Positions 48,136 to 57,971 of a stretch of 64,000 bases of DNA are shown here, one piece after another. Within the stretch, counting starts at the first letter, position 1; each line of letters begins with the position of its first letter. A program made the position numbers and the translations under genes. The DNA comes from Candidatus Altimarinota bacterium (GTDB lineage Bacteria; Patescibacteriota; Gracilibacteria; 1-14-2-50-48-13): contig JBKBWQ010000001.1 of NCBI GenBank assembly GCA_046314355.1, forward strand, positions 64,001-128,000, written 5' to 3'. The notes under the pieces are model-generated. The model was given only the letters and a program-made list of their open reading frames with translations, had not been told where the DNA came from and did not search any database.

Positions 48136-49446
48136 ATGACAATCTACTGTATCGGTATCGGAGGCATCGGAATGAGCTACGTTGCACGCCTTTTAAAGTC
48201 CGAAGGACATCATGTGATTGGTGCTGATGCTGTAGAGGGAAGCACAACATCTGAACTTCGCGCAGAAGGCATCGAAATAGTAATAGGTCATAAGGCTTCA
48301 AATATTCCTGAGGATGTAAGTCTTATATTGCTTTCCCCGGCTATTCTCTCTTCACAGCCTGAAGATTATTTGGAAGCAAAGAACAGAGGTGTTGAGACAA
48401 AGACTTGGCAGGAATATATTGGTGAGAAAACAAAGCAGATGAAAACTATTGCTGTTTGCGGAGCGCATGGAAAAAGCACCACTACAGCTATGGTAGGATT
48501 AATGCTCATAGAAGCAGGTTATGATCCTACGGTGCTAGTGGGTACAAAATTGAAAGAATTCAATGGATCTAATATACGTTTTGGAAAATCAGAGTGGCTT
48601 GTGATAGAAGCGGATGAATTTAACGATAATTTTTTAAACTATTATCCCACATACACGCTTCTTACTTCCTTTGAACCTGATCATCTTGATTACTTCAAGA
48701 CTCCGGAACGTTACCGTGCATCATTTGTAGAATTTCTTTCCCGCACTCCAGTGGATGGTAAGGTTTTTTATCATAATACACAAAAGGAGACTGAGATACT
48801 GATCCATGAACAAAATATTTCTTCAGCTCCAGTCAGGGAAGAAGTGGGTTATATGCTTCAAGTACCTGGTAAACATAATAGAGAAAATGCCTCCCTCGTT
48901 GATGCTTTGGGAGAAGAAATAGGGATCCCTGCAGAGATTCGGGAAAAATCCTTAAAAGCTTTTAAAGGAACCTGGAGAAGACAGGAGTTTAAGGGGGAAA
49001 CTGCTGGAGGTGCTCTCGTGTATGATGACTATGGTCACCATCCTACTGAAGTCCGAGTGACTCTTGCTGGTTTTAGGGAAATGTTTCCTGAGAAGAAAAT
49101 TATATGTATCTTTCAGCCTCATCAATATTCGCGTGTACGTACCTTCCTAAAGGACTTTAGTGAGGCATTCTCTGATGCAGATGCTGTGATTATTCCAAAT
49201 ATTTATGCTAGTAGAGATTCAGAGGAAGATAAAAGAAGTATGACTGCTCAAATAGTAGTTGATGAAATATCTAAACATCAAAATAATGTGTACTTTGGGG
49301 ATGGTCTGAAAGAGAGCATGGAACTTGTGAAAACGAATTCTGAATGGAATACTTCAAACAGTGTGATCATTACAATGGGAGCGGGCGATGTTACTTATAT
49401 ATCTGACTGGCTTGTAGAAAATAATCAATACGCAGTACCAGAATAA
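48136..49446 (+). CDS. murC: UDP-N-acetylmuramate--L-alanine ligase
   Basis: IGIGGIGMS, GAHGKSTTT, IEADE, DHLDY, DDYGHHPTE, FQPHQYSR, MGAGD. Confidence 0.95.
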   Translation: MTIYCIGIGGIGMSYVARLLKSEGHHVIGADAVEGSTTSELRAEGIEIVIGHKASNIPEDVSLILLSPAILSSQPEDYLEAKNRGVETKTWQEYIGEKTKQMKTIAVCGAHGKSTTTAMVGLMLIEAGYDPTVLVGTKLKEFNGSNIRFGKSEWLVIEADEFNDNFLNYYPTYTLLTSFEPDHLDYFKTPERYRASFVEFLSRTPVDGKVFYHNTQKETEILIHEQNISSAPVREEVGYMLQVPGKHNRENASLVDALGEEIGIPAEIREKSLKAFKGTWRRQEFKGETAGGALVYDDYGHHPTEVRVTLAGFREMFPEKKIICIFQPHQYSRVRTFLKDFSEAFSDADAVIIPNIYASRDSEEDKRSMTAQIVVDEISKHQNNVYFGDGLKESMELVKTNSEWNTSNSVIITMGAGDVTYISDWLVENNQYAVPE

Positions 49447-49471
49447 AATATTTTATTTATTACAAACTTCT

Positions 49472-50038
49472 ATGCCTTCTGAGATTCAGTATCTTGCACA
49501 GGAATATAATCTTTTTTTCCTATATCCGTATTCACGCTTAATTCTTCCAATACTCACTATCTACGCAGTAGTTTATTCTTATATATTGTGGAGAAAGCAG
49601 CATCCTGGGGAGAGAATTTTCAATAAAAAGCAGTTTTTAATATTTCTAAAAATATTTGCAGCAAGATTTCAGTACTTTCTCTATGGAATGATCGTAATTG
49701 CAGGAAGCTGGCATATTGTAAGTTTCATTATTGGACTTATTATTCCTGTTAATTCTGCTATATCACCTGATTCCTTGATTGCATCTGGTGCTACTTTAAC
49801 TAATAGTGTATCTCAGCAAAGTACGATAAGAGGCTTTCTTCCTTTACTCGGAGCTTTTGAAGTGCCAGAGATGCGGATTCTATTTGCCGAGTTAATTACA
49901 TCTATGTATGTGAATGTAGGTATTTTTATGACATTAGGCGTCCTAAATAAAGATTTTTATAAAGTAGCTAAAATCTTATTTATTCTATTATCATTTTTCT
50001 TATTCAGCATTGGAATGCTTGATGGCGCTGCATTGTAG
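49472..50038 (+). CDS. Hypothetical membrane protein
   Basis: About four hydrophobic segments; follows murC closely. Confidence 0.7.
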   Translation: MPSEIQYLAQEYNLFFLYPYSRLILPILTIYAVVYSYILWRKQHPGERIFNKKQFLIFLKIFAARFQYFLYGMIVIAGSWHIVSFIIGLIIPVNSAISPDSLIASGATLTNSVSQQSTIRGFLPLLGAFEVPEMRILFAELITSMYVNVGIFMTLGVLNKDFYKVAKILFILLSFFLFSIGMLDGAAL

Positions 50039-50041
50039 AGT

Positions 50042-50542
50042 TTATCTTTTGAACTCTATCGGCAATTCTTTCTGATCTTTTTTTCTACGTATAAACCGGT
50101 ACATCCATTTCCAGAAAGGCGGAAAGTATACAATGAGCATCAGTATTGAAACCGCCATAACTACGGCATCGGTACTAAAACGGTGGGTATATTTTATATC
50201 CAGATCCAGCAGCCAGAGTGCAGCTTCATCCAGTATAAGTGCTAGAAAGATACCATACATCATTGCCGAGATGTGAGGAATCCTCTCGATGACCTTGGGA
50301 TATGCAATACTAAAAAAGCTAAGTACTGATATACCAACGATACCATAACTCAGGTGATGAATATGGTATTCTTTTCCTTCCACAAAAACGTAAAAGAAAA
50401 ATGTACGCTCAAGATTAAACTCATATATCGTGAAAACCCATAACCTTGTCAGTGCAAAGGTTATAAGAAACGAAAGTAGTATAATAAAAGGCAATTCTTT
50501 TCTCCTAGATATAAAGAGAGAATGAATTGTTTTCTTTAGCAT
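50042..50542 (-). CDS. Hypothetical membrane protein (HIHH motif type)
   Basis: FLITFALTR..HIHHLSYG..LALILDE..LW pattern. Confidence 0.75.
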   Translation of the reverse strand: MLKKTIHSLFISRRKELPFIILLSFLITFALTRLWVFTIYEFNLERTFFFYVFVEGKEYHIHHLSYGIVGISVLSFFSIAYPKVIERIPHISAMMYGIFLALILDEAALWLLDLDIKYTHRFSTDAVVMAVSILMLIVYFPPFWKWMYRFIRRKKDQKELPIEFKR

Positions 50543-50682
50543 GGAAGCGAGAAACAGAAAAACTAGATGGTTTCAATTTATCATAAAAAACCACCTTAGC
50601 AAGAGAAAGAATACAGCACTTACTAGGAAGAAAGGGGGTGTCTGTGATATACTATTAAGATTTAAATCTTACTGATCACTCC

Positions 50683-50976
50683 ATGTCTTCCTCGTCCCTA
50701 CTAGATATTGCCCGTCTCAGAGAAATGAACTCTGACTTATTTGAAACCGGTAGGGTTACTGCCAGTAAAAAAGTGAAAGAAGAAGACTTATTTAAAAGAA
50801 AACTGAAGCGGCTTATGAAGCTATTGGTACAGTATGAGACGGACGGGAAAGATACAAATCAGAAAGATATTCAGGCTATGATCCATCTCCTCCGGGAAGT
50901 AATCCCGCATATGCAGAAACAGGAACGTGCACATTTAGAAAAAGTATACAAACATCTGGGAACTGAAGGGAAATAA
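50683..50976 (+). CDS. Hypothetical small protein
   Basis: 97-aa ATG ORF, helical charged composition, followed by hairpin-T tract. Confidence 0.65.
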   Translation: MSSSSLLDIARLREMNSDLFETGRVTASKKVKEEDLFKRKLKRLMKLLVQYETDGKDTNQKDIQAMIHLLREVIPHMQKQERAHLEKVYKHLGTEGK

Positions 50977-51053
50977 AAGACGCTAAGGTCTTTTTTCTAT
51001 TTAAAAAAATAACTTTTTGTGTAAGCTACATATACAGTAATTTATGAAGCTTT

Positions 51054-51674
51054 ATGAAAGTATTTATCAACGTAGCTACAGCTGAGAAAGGAATCATACT
51101 CTATGAAGATTCGCAAATTCGTGATGGTATTTTCTGGAATGAAGCAGGTGCAGAGCTAAAGTGGGTATTGCCCTCTCTTTATAAACTTCTTCAAAATAAC
51201 GAACTAAAAATAGAAGAGGACATAGAAAAAATAGTCATAGTAAGTGGTCCAGGGAGTTTTACTGGTATCCGTATTGCGGTAAGTATTGTGAATACTTTAA
51301 AATATCTCTATCCGCATATCCATGTTTCAGCACTTTCTACAGGTGAACTTCTTGCTGCCGTAGATTCCTCTAAACACTCGCAGTATCTTTTTCAAGTCTT
51401 TGCCTCAGATATATTTGTATTTAATAAGGAGGGGATATTCCAAGGCAGAAAGTCTATAGAAGATTTAACTGACTATGATATCGAGAATTCTACGGGTTCA
51501 CTCATGGGAGATGCATTAAAAAACTACCCTGAATTTGAAATGATTCCTGAGATGAGCCACTGGAGAATTGAAAAAATTCTGTGTATTGATACTAAATCTA
51601 TTGAAGTGCAGGATTTAGCAGAGCCATTTTATGGGAAAGGAGCAAATATTACTGTTCCGAAAATCTCCCAGTAG
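51054..51674 (+). CDS. tsaB: tRNA threonylcarbamoyladenosine biosynthesis protein TsaB (divergent)
   Basis: VVSGPGSFTGIR-like motif (VIVSGPGSFTGIRIA), C-terminal EPFY. Confidence 0.85.
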   Translation: MKVFINVATAEKGIILYEDSQIRDGIFWNEAGAELKWVLPSLYKLLQNNELKIEEDIEKIVIVSGPGSFTGIRIAVSIVNTLKYLYPHIHVSALSTGELLAAVDSSKHSQYLFQVFASDIFVFNKEGIFQGRKSIEDLTDYDIENSTGSLMGDALKNYPEFEMIPEMSHWRIEKILCIDTKSIEVQDLAEPFYGKGANITVPKISQ

Positions 51675-51683
51675 GCGACTATT

Positions 51684-52325
51684 TTATTCCTGCGGAGGTA
51701 GGCATCTTAAGCTTTCAGCTGACTGCTTAGGATTTTTACTCTTTAAGACAAAGGATCCTGATACAATAACATCAGCCCCTTTTTTATTTGCAATGGGAGC
51801 AGTGTCTTCATTCATTCCGCCATCCACTGCAATAATAATATCCGGCTTAAGATTTTTAATTTCCGGAATTTTATCCAGTGTTTCTAGTATACATTCTTGT
51901 CCACCCGCACCTGGATGCACGGACATGACAAGCACATGAGTAAAGTATTTTAGTATTGGTTCCAGATCCTCTGCAGTGGTTTCAGGATTTATTGTAATTC
52001 CTGCATGACTTCCGGCTGAAGTAATATCCTCGACGATTGCCTGAATATTTTTTCCCTGAAGAGTTTCCTCATGAATATAGACTACATCTGAATACTCAGC
52101 ATAATCTTTTGCCTGTTCTTCAGGATTTGTAACCATGAGATGAGCATCAATCGGTAATTTCGTTTTTAATTCCTTTAAAAGAGGTAAGCCGAAACTTATC
52201 TGATCTACAAAATGTCCATCCATCACATCATAGTGAAGGCGGTCTACAAAAGGTTCCACCCGTGAGAGCTGGTCTTGCAGATGGAGGAAATCTGCTGAGA
52301 GAATGGAAAGAGATACTTGAGTCAT
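51684..52325 (-). CDS. rpe: Ribulose-phosphate 3-epimerase
   Basis: SILSADF, HYDVMDGHFV, DAHLMV, VMSVHPG, VDGG. Confidence 0.96.
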   Translation of the reverse strand: MTQVSLSILSADFLHLQDQLSRVEPFVDRLHYDVMDGHFVDQISFGLPLLKELKTKLPIDAHLMVTNPEEQAKDYAEYSDVVYIHEETLQGKNIQAIVEDITSAGSHAGITINPETTAEDLEPILKYFTHVLVMSVHPGAGGQECILETLDKIPEIKNLKPDIIIAVDGGMNEDTAPIANKKGADVIVSGSFVLKSKNPKQSAESLRCLPPQE

Positions 52326-52326
52326 A

Positions 52327-52782
52327 TTATTTGAATTCTTTAGATTCTATTTCTTCTACTTTATGGAAACGTCTTTCATGGCGCCCACCGGTCTCAAAGT
52401 CTGTAGTCAAAAAAGTTGTGATCATTTTTCTCATATCTTCCAAAGAAGAATATCTCGCACTTAAGGAAAGGATATTTGCGTTATCATCCTTGCGAGCAAA
52501 TTTAGACTGCTCATCATTCATTGCGAGTACACACCGCGCATTTTTTACTTTATTTGCTACTACGCAAACTCCGCCACCACTCCCGCAGACTACAATACCT
52601 CGGGCATTTTCATCTTTTGATACTGCTTTTGCAACTGGATAGGCGAAATCAGGATAGTCATCATCAGAGACTAATTCTTTATTACTAAATGTTTCTACAC
52701 TGTGGCCATTTGTTTCTAACCATTCAATGAGTTTTGGTTCAATTTCATGTCCATTGTGATCGCTGCCGAGATATATTTTCAT
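52327..52782 (-). CDS. rpiB: Ribose-5-phosphate isomerase B
   Basis: GSDHNG, DYPD, CGSG, ANKV, NANIL, GRHERR; ATG at 52782. Confidence 0.92.
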   Translation of the reverse strand: MKIYLGSDHNGHEIEPKLIEWLETNGHSVETFSNKELVSDDDYPDFAYPVAKAVSKDENARGIVVCGSGGGVCVVANKVKNARCVLAMNDEQSKFARKDDNANILSLSARYSSLEDMRKMITTFLTTDFETGGRHERRFHKVEEIESKEFK

Positions 52783-52955
52783 AAGTGGAATGATAATATT
52801 TGTGTATTTATTGTACCACAGCTTATAATCCCTGTCATTCCAGACTGATACGGAGTCAATAATCATATCCGACTAAGAGATAGATAAGATTATTCTTCAG
52901 CTTGAATTTGAACTTTGAGAGAGTATGCTTTTCTTACTATTACAAATTCCCAATT

Positions 52956-53531
52956 ATGTTTACAGAAAAAGAATACGGTTCTGAAAATTTTAAAGACCTC
53001 ACGTGCTCAGGTGAAAGCTTTGAAAGTATAGAGTTCTATCAATGTACTTTCCAAAACTGTAATTTTGAAAAAACTATATTTAAGAAATGCATCTTTACTG
53101 AATGTACTTTCAAGCAATGTAATCTTAGTCTGATGAAGATCCCTACTTCTACTTTCATTGAGACTGAATTTCGTAGTTCTAAAATGGTGGGTATCAACTG
53201 GACTAGTATTTCTTCTCAGGTATTCTCTGTAGAGTTTCATGAATGTGTACTCAATTACTCCATCTTTGATTCAGTAAATTTAAATGGTACAAAGATGCTC
53301 GGATGTACCATCCATGAAGCTGACTTTTCAAATGCATCATTAAAAGAAGCTGTATGTACGGATACAGACTTTGCAGGATCTACTTTCTCAGATACGAATC
53401 TTACGAAGGCGGATTTTAGAAGTGCAAGGAATTATGGAATGGTTCCTGCGGACAATGTACTTACGAAGGCGAAGTTTTCGGTGCCGGAGGTGCTATGTTT
53501 ATTGGATGCGATGGGAGTGGAATTTGAATAA
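52956..53531 (+). CDS. Pentapeptide repeat protein
   Basis: Repeating F..CTF / ADFS / TNLTKADF pentapeptides; ATG at 52956. Confidence 0.92.
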   Translation: MFTEKEYGSENFKDLTCSGESFESIEFYQCTFQNCNFEKTIFKKCIFTECTFKQCNLSLMKIPTSTFIETEFRSSKMVGINWTSISSQVFSVEFHECVLNYSIFDSVNLNGTKMLGCTIHEADFSNASLKEAVCTDTDFAGSTFSDTNLTKADFRSARNYGMVPADNVLTKAKFSVPEVLCLLDAMGVEFE

Positions 53532-53554
53532 AAAAACTGACCCGAAGGTCAGTT
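53530..53554. terminator. Intrinsic terminator between convergent genes
   Basis: AAAAAACTGACC-CGAA-GGTCAGTT. Confidence 0.8.
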
Positions 53555-53559
53555 AGATT

Positions 53560-54189
53560 TTATTTTAGGATTTTGTATCCGTATATTTCTACTTTTTCTT
53601 TAATCTCTTCCAAACATCCTCTGCCTATATGTTTAATTTGCATGATCTCGTGGCTACTTTTTTCCAAGATATCTTTGAGATATAAACAATTAGCTCTTAC
53701 TAGACGATTGGAAACTTCATTACTGAAAGACATTTCCTCTACTGAAATATCTTTAGGATCCTTAAAGGAATATGGACGTCCAAATTCAAATTCATATAAA
53801 CTAAGTTTTTCCACGATCTCTTTATAAGCTTCTCGTCCAGCAAATGGGAGATCTTTTACTCTCCTCTTTCCTAGTTTAAGGATATCCTCAATTGTAGTAC
53901 AATGACCATATAGAGTAAGGGAGTTGTATACCTTAGTTGTAAAACCTAAATCTCTAATTAGTATGTTCTTTTTTACAGATTTATCCTCCTTTGTCTCTCC
54001 TGTATCATTCTGTGATGATTGAATATTGCTAGAATCATATGTTGGCATTTTGATTGTAAATGCTTCAATATGAACTATGAAATCCAATAATATGGCTACT
54101 GAGTCTTTTTCTTTTGTTATTTTTTGTAAGATACTATTTACAATACTGTGAGCAGCTGCAGATGTTTTCTCTTCTAAATTTTCTTCCAT
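53560..54189 (-). CDS. Stand-alone protein with two RNA polymerase alpha-CTD-like domains
   Basis: IRDLGFTTKVYNSL..TIEDIL..LPFAGREAYKEI and VEEMSFSNEVSNRL..YLKDIL..IKHIGRGCLEEI; SD AAGGAG. Confidence 0.8.
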   Translation of the reverse strand: MEENLEEKTSAAAHSIVNSILQKITKEKDSVAILLDFIVHIEAFTIKMPTYDSSNIQSSQNDTGETKEDKSVKKNILIRDLGFTTKVYNSLTLYGHCTTIEDILKLGKRRVKDLPFAGREAYKEIVEKLSLYEFEFGRPYSFKDPKDISVEEMSFSNEVSNRLVRANCLYLKDILEKSSHEIMQIKHIGRGCLEEIKEKVEIYGYKILK

Positions 54190-54280
54190 TATATTTCTCC
54201 TTTATATTTTTATGTGGAGAGTATAGATATTTGTAGATATTTTGCAATATAATCTAAGTGCGTAAAATGGTACGATAGCT

Positions 54281-55381
54281 CTATATAATTTCTGTTAAAT
54301 TCACAAAACAAATATCCTTTTTTCTCTTCTTAACAGACCCTATTGCATCAGTCGTAGACGTGATAAAAGTTTGAATTCCTTCTGGAATATGTGAAAGTAG
54401 TTGTTCCTGTCTCTCGTCGTCCAGCTCTGAAAATACATCATCAAGTAATAGAAGTGGAAGAGTTCCATTCCTTTCTTTGATAAAAGTGATCTCATTTAAC
54501 TTGAGAGCTAGTATCATACTTCTCGTATCTCCTCGTGAAGCGAAGGCTTCTATATTCTTTCCATTGAGCAGGAAAGTAAAGTCATCTCTATGAGGACCTG
54601 TAGATGTTGACTCTAAGATAAGATCTCTCTCTAATCTCTCATGTAAGGCTTGAAGATAATTCTCTTTATTTAAAACCTCTGACTTAAGAGATGGTAAATA
54701 TTCTAAGGCATATTCTGCATCTTTATTCTCAGAGATTTCTCTATATGATGCTCCAATATGCTGATTAAAAAATTCTATAAGTTCTTTTCTTTTTTCAATA
54801 AGAACCAGTCCAGCATCCACCAATCCTTCATTCCAGTAATCTAACTCAGATACACGATTTCTATTTTCCCGAATAATTTTCAGGAGAGCATTTCGCTGTT
54901 TGAGAATCTTTTGGTAATTCACATATGCTCTAAAATACTGAATGTCAGTCTGTGAAAGAAGGATATCCAGATACTTTCTTCGGTTACTTGGTGAAAGCAG
55001 CAAGAGATTAATATCATCAGGGGAGAAAAACACTACATTCAATTTACCGACATACTCTGCAATAGGCAGTTCCACTCCATTAACGGTATATCTTCTCTGT
55101 TTCTTTGGACGGAATACTGTTGTAGCTATCATATTCTCTATATTTCCATCAAGGAACTTTCCTTCGATGCTCAAAAAATTCTCTTCCCAAGTGACAAGGT
55201 CTTTTGTATCCACAGTTCTAAAGGACTTGAGAAGTCCGAGAAAGTACATAGCTTCAAGAATGTTTGTTTTCCCAAGAGTATTAGCTCCTACAAAGCAGAT
55301 AATGTCGCATGACTGATCTATATCTAAATGCAGATCATGAAACTTTCTAAAATTTGTGAGATGTAGCGACTGAAGGCGCAT
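54281..55381 (-). CDS. recF: DNA replication/repair protein RecF
   Basis: LTNFR, GANTLGKTNILEA, GPHRDD, SRG, LLLLDDVFSELD. Confidence 0.96.
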   Translation of the reverse strand: MRLQSLHLTNFRKFHDLHLDIDQSCDIICFVGANTLGKTNILEAMYFLGLLKSFRTVDTKDLVTWEENFLSIEGKFLDGNIENMIATTVFRPKKQRRYTVNGVELPIAEYVGKLNVVFFSPDDINLLLLSPSNRRKYLDILLSQTDIQYFRAYVNYQKILKQRNALLKIIRENRNRVSELDYWNEGLVDAGLVLIEKRKELIEFFNQHIGASYREISENKDAEYALEYLPSLKSEVLNKENYLQALHERLERDLILESTSTGPHRDDFTFLLNGKNIEAFASRGDTRSMILALKLNEITFIKERNGTLPLLLLDDVFSELDDERQEQLLSHIPEGIQTFITSTTDAIGSVKKRKKDICFVNLTEII

Positions 55382-55510
55382 ATAAGAGGTGATATCATTA
55401 TGGAATTATTGTAATACGTTTTGTGTGAAGAGACAAAGCATATTACTTGTTTTCATTTACTTCTTTTCTCTCTCCTTTTATACTTGGGCTACTTTTGTAA
55501 TTACTTCTGC

Positions 55511-56470
55511 ATGTCACTGGAAATTATAGTTAGGGAAGGAGTCCTCAATACACTTGCGTTTTTTTCTCTCTTTGGAAAAAGGCTTACTGTAGATGAACTT
55601 ATTCAGTATTTCTATATTGATAAAAATAAAAAAGACTATTTTTCTGTTCTTGAAGGAAAGAATGGAGAGATAAAGGAGATGCTGCCGGAATTATTATCTA
55701 AGATGGAAGAAGTCATCTTGGAGGAAGGGAAATACCGGCTGAAAAGTGGAAATTATGAATTCTCCGAAGATTCTACAAATATTTTAAACGAGCGGCTGAT
55801 TAAAAAATGTAAAAAGTACATTTCATTACTTTCATGGATCCCTTATCTCAGGATGGTGGGAGTAGGAAATACTCTTGCCTTTGGAAGTGCAGATGCAGAT
55901 AGCGATATTGATCTATTTATTATTGCTGAAAAAGACCACGTATGGCTTGTACGTTTTCTTACAGGAATTTTTTACCAGCTTCTTGGCGTGAGAAGGCATG
56001 GGAATAAAGTCTCTGAGAGATTTTGTCTCAGTTTCTATATGGATACTTCAGTGGAGGATTTTAGAAATATTATGCTGCAGCCAGATGATGTGTATATGAG
56101 GTTTTGGGTTGCAACTATGAAACCTTTTTTGGGAAGGGAAGAATACGCTCATTTTGTCGAAGAAAACAAATCAATGCTTCAGGAGTCTTTTCCTTTCTGG
56201 AAAAAGGAAGCGGAACTGGTGTATATTGTGCAAAAGAGAGATTCATGGCTAAAAGAATCCATGGAAAGGATGTTGAGTACTAACCTAGGGATGAAATATG
56301 AGAAGTTCTTAATGAATCTTCAAAAGAAAAAAATGACAGTACTTCCTGTTCACCTTACTCAAGAGGCATCAGTAGTAATCTCTGACCATATGCTTAAGTT
56401 TCATAATAAGGATCGAAGAAAAAAATACCGGGATGAGTGGGAAAAATTGACTACAATGAAGAATTCATAA
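55511..56470 (+). CDS. Nucleotidyltransferase-domain protein
   Basis: IPYLRMVGVGNTLAFG..DSDIDLFII, RFCLSFY; ATG at 55511. Confidence 0.78.
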   Translation: MSLEIIVREGVLNTLAFFSLFGKRLTVDELIQYFYIDKNKKDYFSVLEGKNGEIKEMLPELLSKMEEVILEEGKYRLKSGNYEFSEDSTNILNERLIKKCKKYISLLSWIPYLRMVGVGNTLAFGSADADSDIDLFIIAEKDHVWLVRFLTGIFYQLLGVRRHGNKVSERFCLSFYMDTSVEDFRNIMLQPDDVYMRFWVATMKPFLGREEYAHFVEENKSMLQESFPFWKKEAELVYIVQKRDSWLKESMERMLSTNLGMKYEKFLMNLQKKKMTVLPVHLTQEASVVISDHMLKFHNKDRRKKYRDEWEKLTTMKNS

Positions 56471-56485
56471 GTATTTGAATTATGC

Positions 56486-57073
56486 TTACCGCATACTACG
56501 TCCTTCACTAGATCCAGCACTGCTGGAGGAATTTTTTGAAGAGCCTGCATTACTTGCGGTACTCATATTGTTATATTGCTTTGCAGCTTCAAGTTGGGTA
56601 GAACTAGGGCGCACATTTTCTTGAGGAGTTTTCTCTGTCTTGAATTGAGGTGTGGGTTTTCCCTGAGAAAAATCCGGAGTTGCTTTTTTCCCTTCATACC
56701 CATTTGTTCTACTAGTACTTTCAATAGGTGAAGAGTCGACAGTATTTTTCTGGTTCTGAATTACAGTAATATTTGTCCTTAAAGTTTGAATTTTATTGAT
56801 GAGGTTTGCGTATTTAGGCGAAGCATTAAAACTTTGAGCAATGCCTTCTAGTTGTGTAAGCGTCTTTTGCGTTGCTTTAATGGTTTCACTATTTTTCTCT
56901 TGAGTAAGTTCAAGTGCTTTAGTAGTCCTATCAATCTGTTCATCTAGCTGCTCTGTGGTTGCAATAGTATCAAGATCCTTATCAAGTTTTATCAATGTAT
57001 CTACGTTTTGTAGAACATTTTTAGCAGGTTGATTTACTCCTGCATATTCATTATTTTGAAAATTTTCAGACAT
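56486..57073 (-). CDS. Hypothetical coiled-coil protein with Ser-rich disordered tail
   Basis: 195-aa ATG ORF; Q/T/N-rich helical N-half. Confidence 0.7.
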   Translation of the reverse strand: MSENFQNNEYAGVNQPAKNVLQNVDTLIKLDKDLDTIATTEQLDEQIDRTTKALELTQEKNSETIKATQKTLTQLEGIAQSFNASPKYANLINKIQTLRTNITVIQNQKNTVDSSPIESTSRTNGYEGKKATPDFSQGKPTPQFKTEKTPQENVRPSSTQLEAAKQYNNMSTASNAGSSKNSSSSAGSSEGRSMR

Positions 57074-57079
57074 GGTATA

Positions 57080-57259
57080 TTAAAGTGAAGAAAGTAATGA
57101 TTGAGCTTCGGATGAAGTATCTGCAGATTCAATCTGCTCAGCTTCTTTGACAAGCATTTGTGCAGCATGGTATGTGTCTGCAAGCTCCCGACTCTGTGTC
57201 TCTGCGAGTGCAAGCTTTGCCCGTAAATCATTAAGGATATTTATTTTTGTTTGGTCCAT
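57080..57259 (-). CDS. Hypothetical 59-aa helical protein (absent from supplied ORF track)
   Basis: MDQTKINILNDLRAKLALAETQSRELADTYHAAQMLVKEAEQIESADTSSEAQSLLSSL; stops 6 bp before the next ATG. Confidence 0.65.
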   Translation of the reverse strand: MDQTKINILNDLRAKLALAETQSRELADTYHAAQMLVKEAEQIESADTSSEAQSLLSSL

Positions 57260-57440
57260 AGAAGAATTTGGAATTGAAAAATTATGTTATTTTATTATAT
57301 CATAATAAAATAAAATTTATGCAAAAATTGATTAATAAGAAACTACCAAAAGTCAGACTATACTTAAGGCTGAAATCAAAAAAATAGTGGTATGTCTTTT
57401 TAGTGCCAGGTATACTAGTGGTATACTAAGATTTTATGAC

Positions 57441-57962
57441 ATGAATATACTGACTATCTCCGACACCCATGACAGGATAAGTCATATAGAAAAGGTGCTG
57501 GAAGAGACTAAAACAAGAGATATCGGGATGATTATTCACTGCGGAGACCTTGTGGAACCTGAGACTCTTTCTGCATTCAAAAATGTGAAGGTACCCATCT
57601 ATTATGTCTTTGGAAATAATGAAGGAAGAGAAGAAGAAATTGTGAAAACTTGTGAGAAAATGGGGATAAATTATTTCCTGGATATGGGAGAGTTTGTTGT
57701 AGATGGCAGAAAAATTGTGATTACTCACTATCCTAAAGTTGCAAAGTCACTTGCTGCCTTCGGCAATTTTGATCTGATTCTTTTCGGACATTCCCACAAC
57801 AGGTATAAAGAGCAGTTACCAAATGGAGGCTGGTATGTGAATCCCGGAAACCTTGCGGGATTGCGAGAGGATGCACACTATGCCATATATGATACGACAG
57901 CTCATAGTGTGGAAATAATAAAACTCCAGGCACGGATTACTCATTATCATTTCGATGACTAA
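57441..57962 (+). CDS. YfcE-family metallophosphoesterase
   Basis: ISDTHD, HCGD, GNNE, THYP, GHSH, NPG; ATG at 57441. Confidence 0.92.
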   Translation: MNILTISDTHDRISHIEKVLEETKTRDIGMIIHCGDLVEPETLSAFKNVKVPIYYVFGNNEGREEEIVKTCEKMGINYFLDMGEFVVDGRKIVITHYPKVAKSLAAFGNFDLILFGHSHNRYKEQLPNGGWYVNPGNLAGLREDAHYAIYDTTAHSVEIIKLQARITHYHFDD

Positions 57963-57971
57963 TACCTGAAA

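Noticed and set aside
52956-53531. Qnr-type quinolone resistance gene; internal DNA repeat CTTACGAAGGCG
   Set aside because: Generic pentapeptide repeat protein; Qnr-specific loops cannot be confirmed and the DNA repeat reflects the protein repeat
53553-54257. 11/12 inverted repeat flanking the alpha-CTD gene
   Set aside because: Almost entirely A/T and imperfect; compatible with chance
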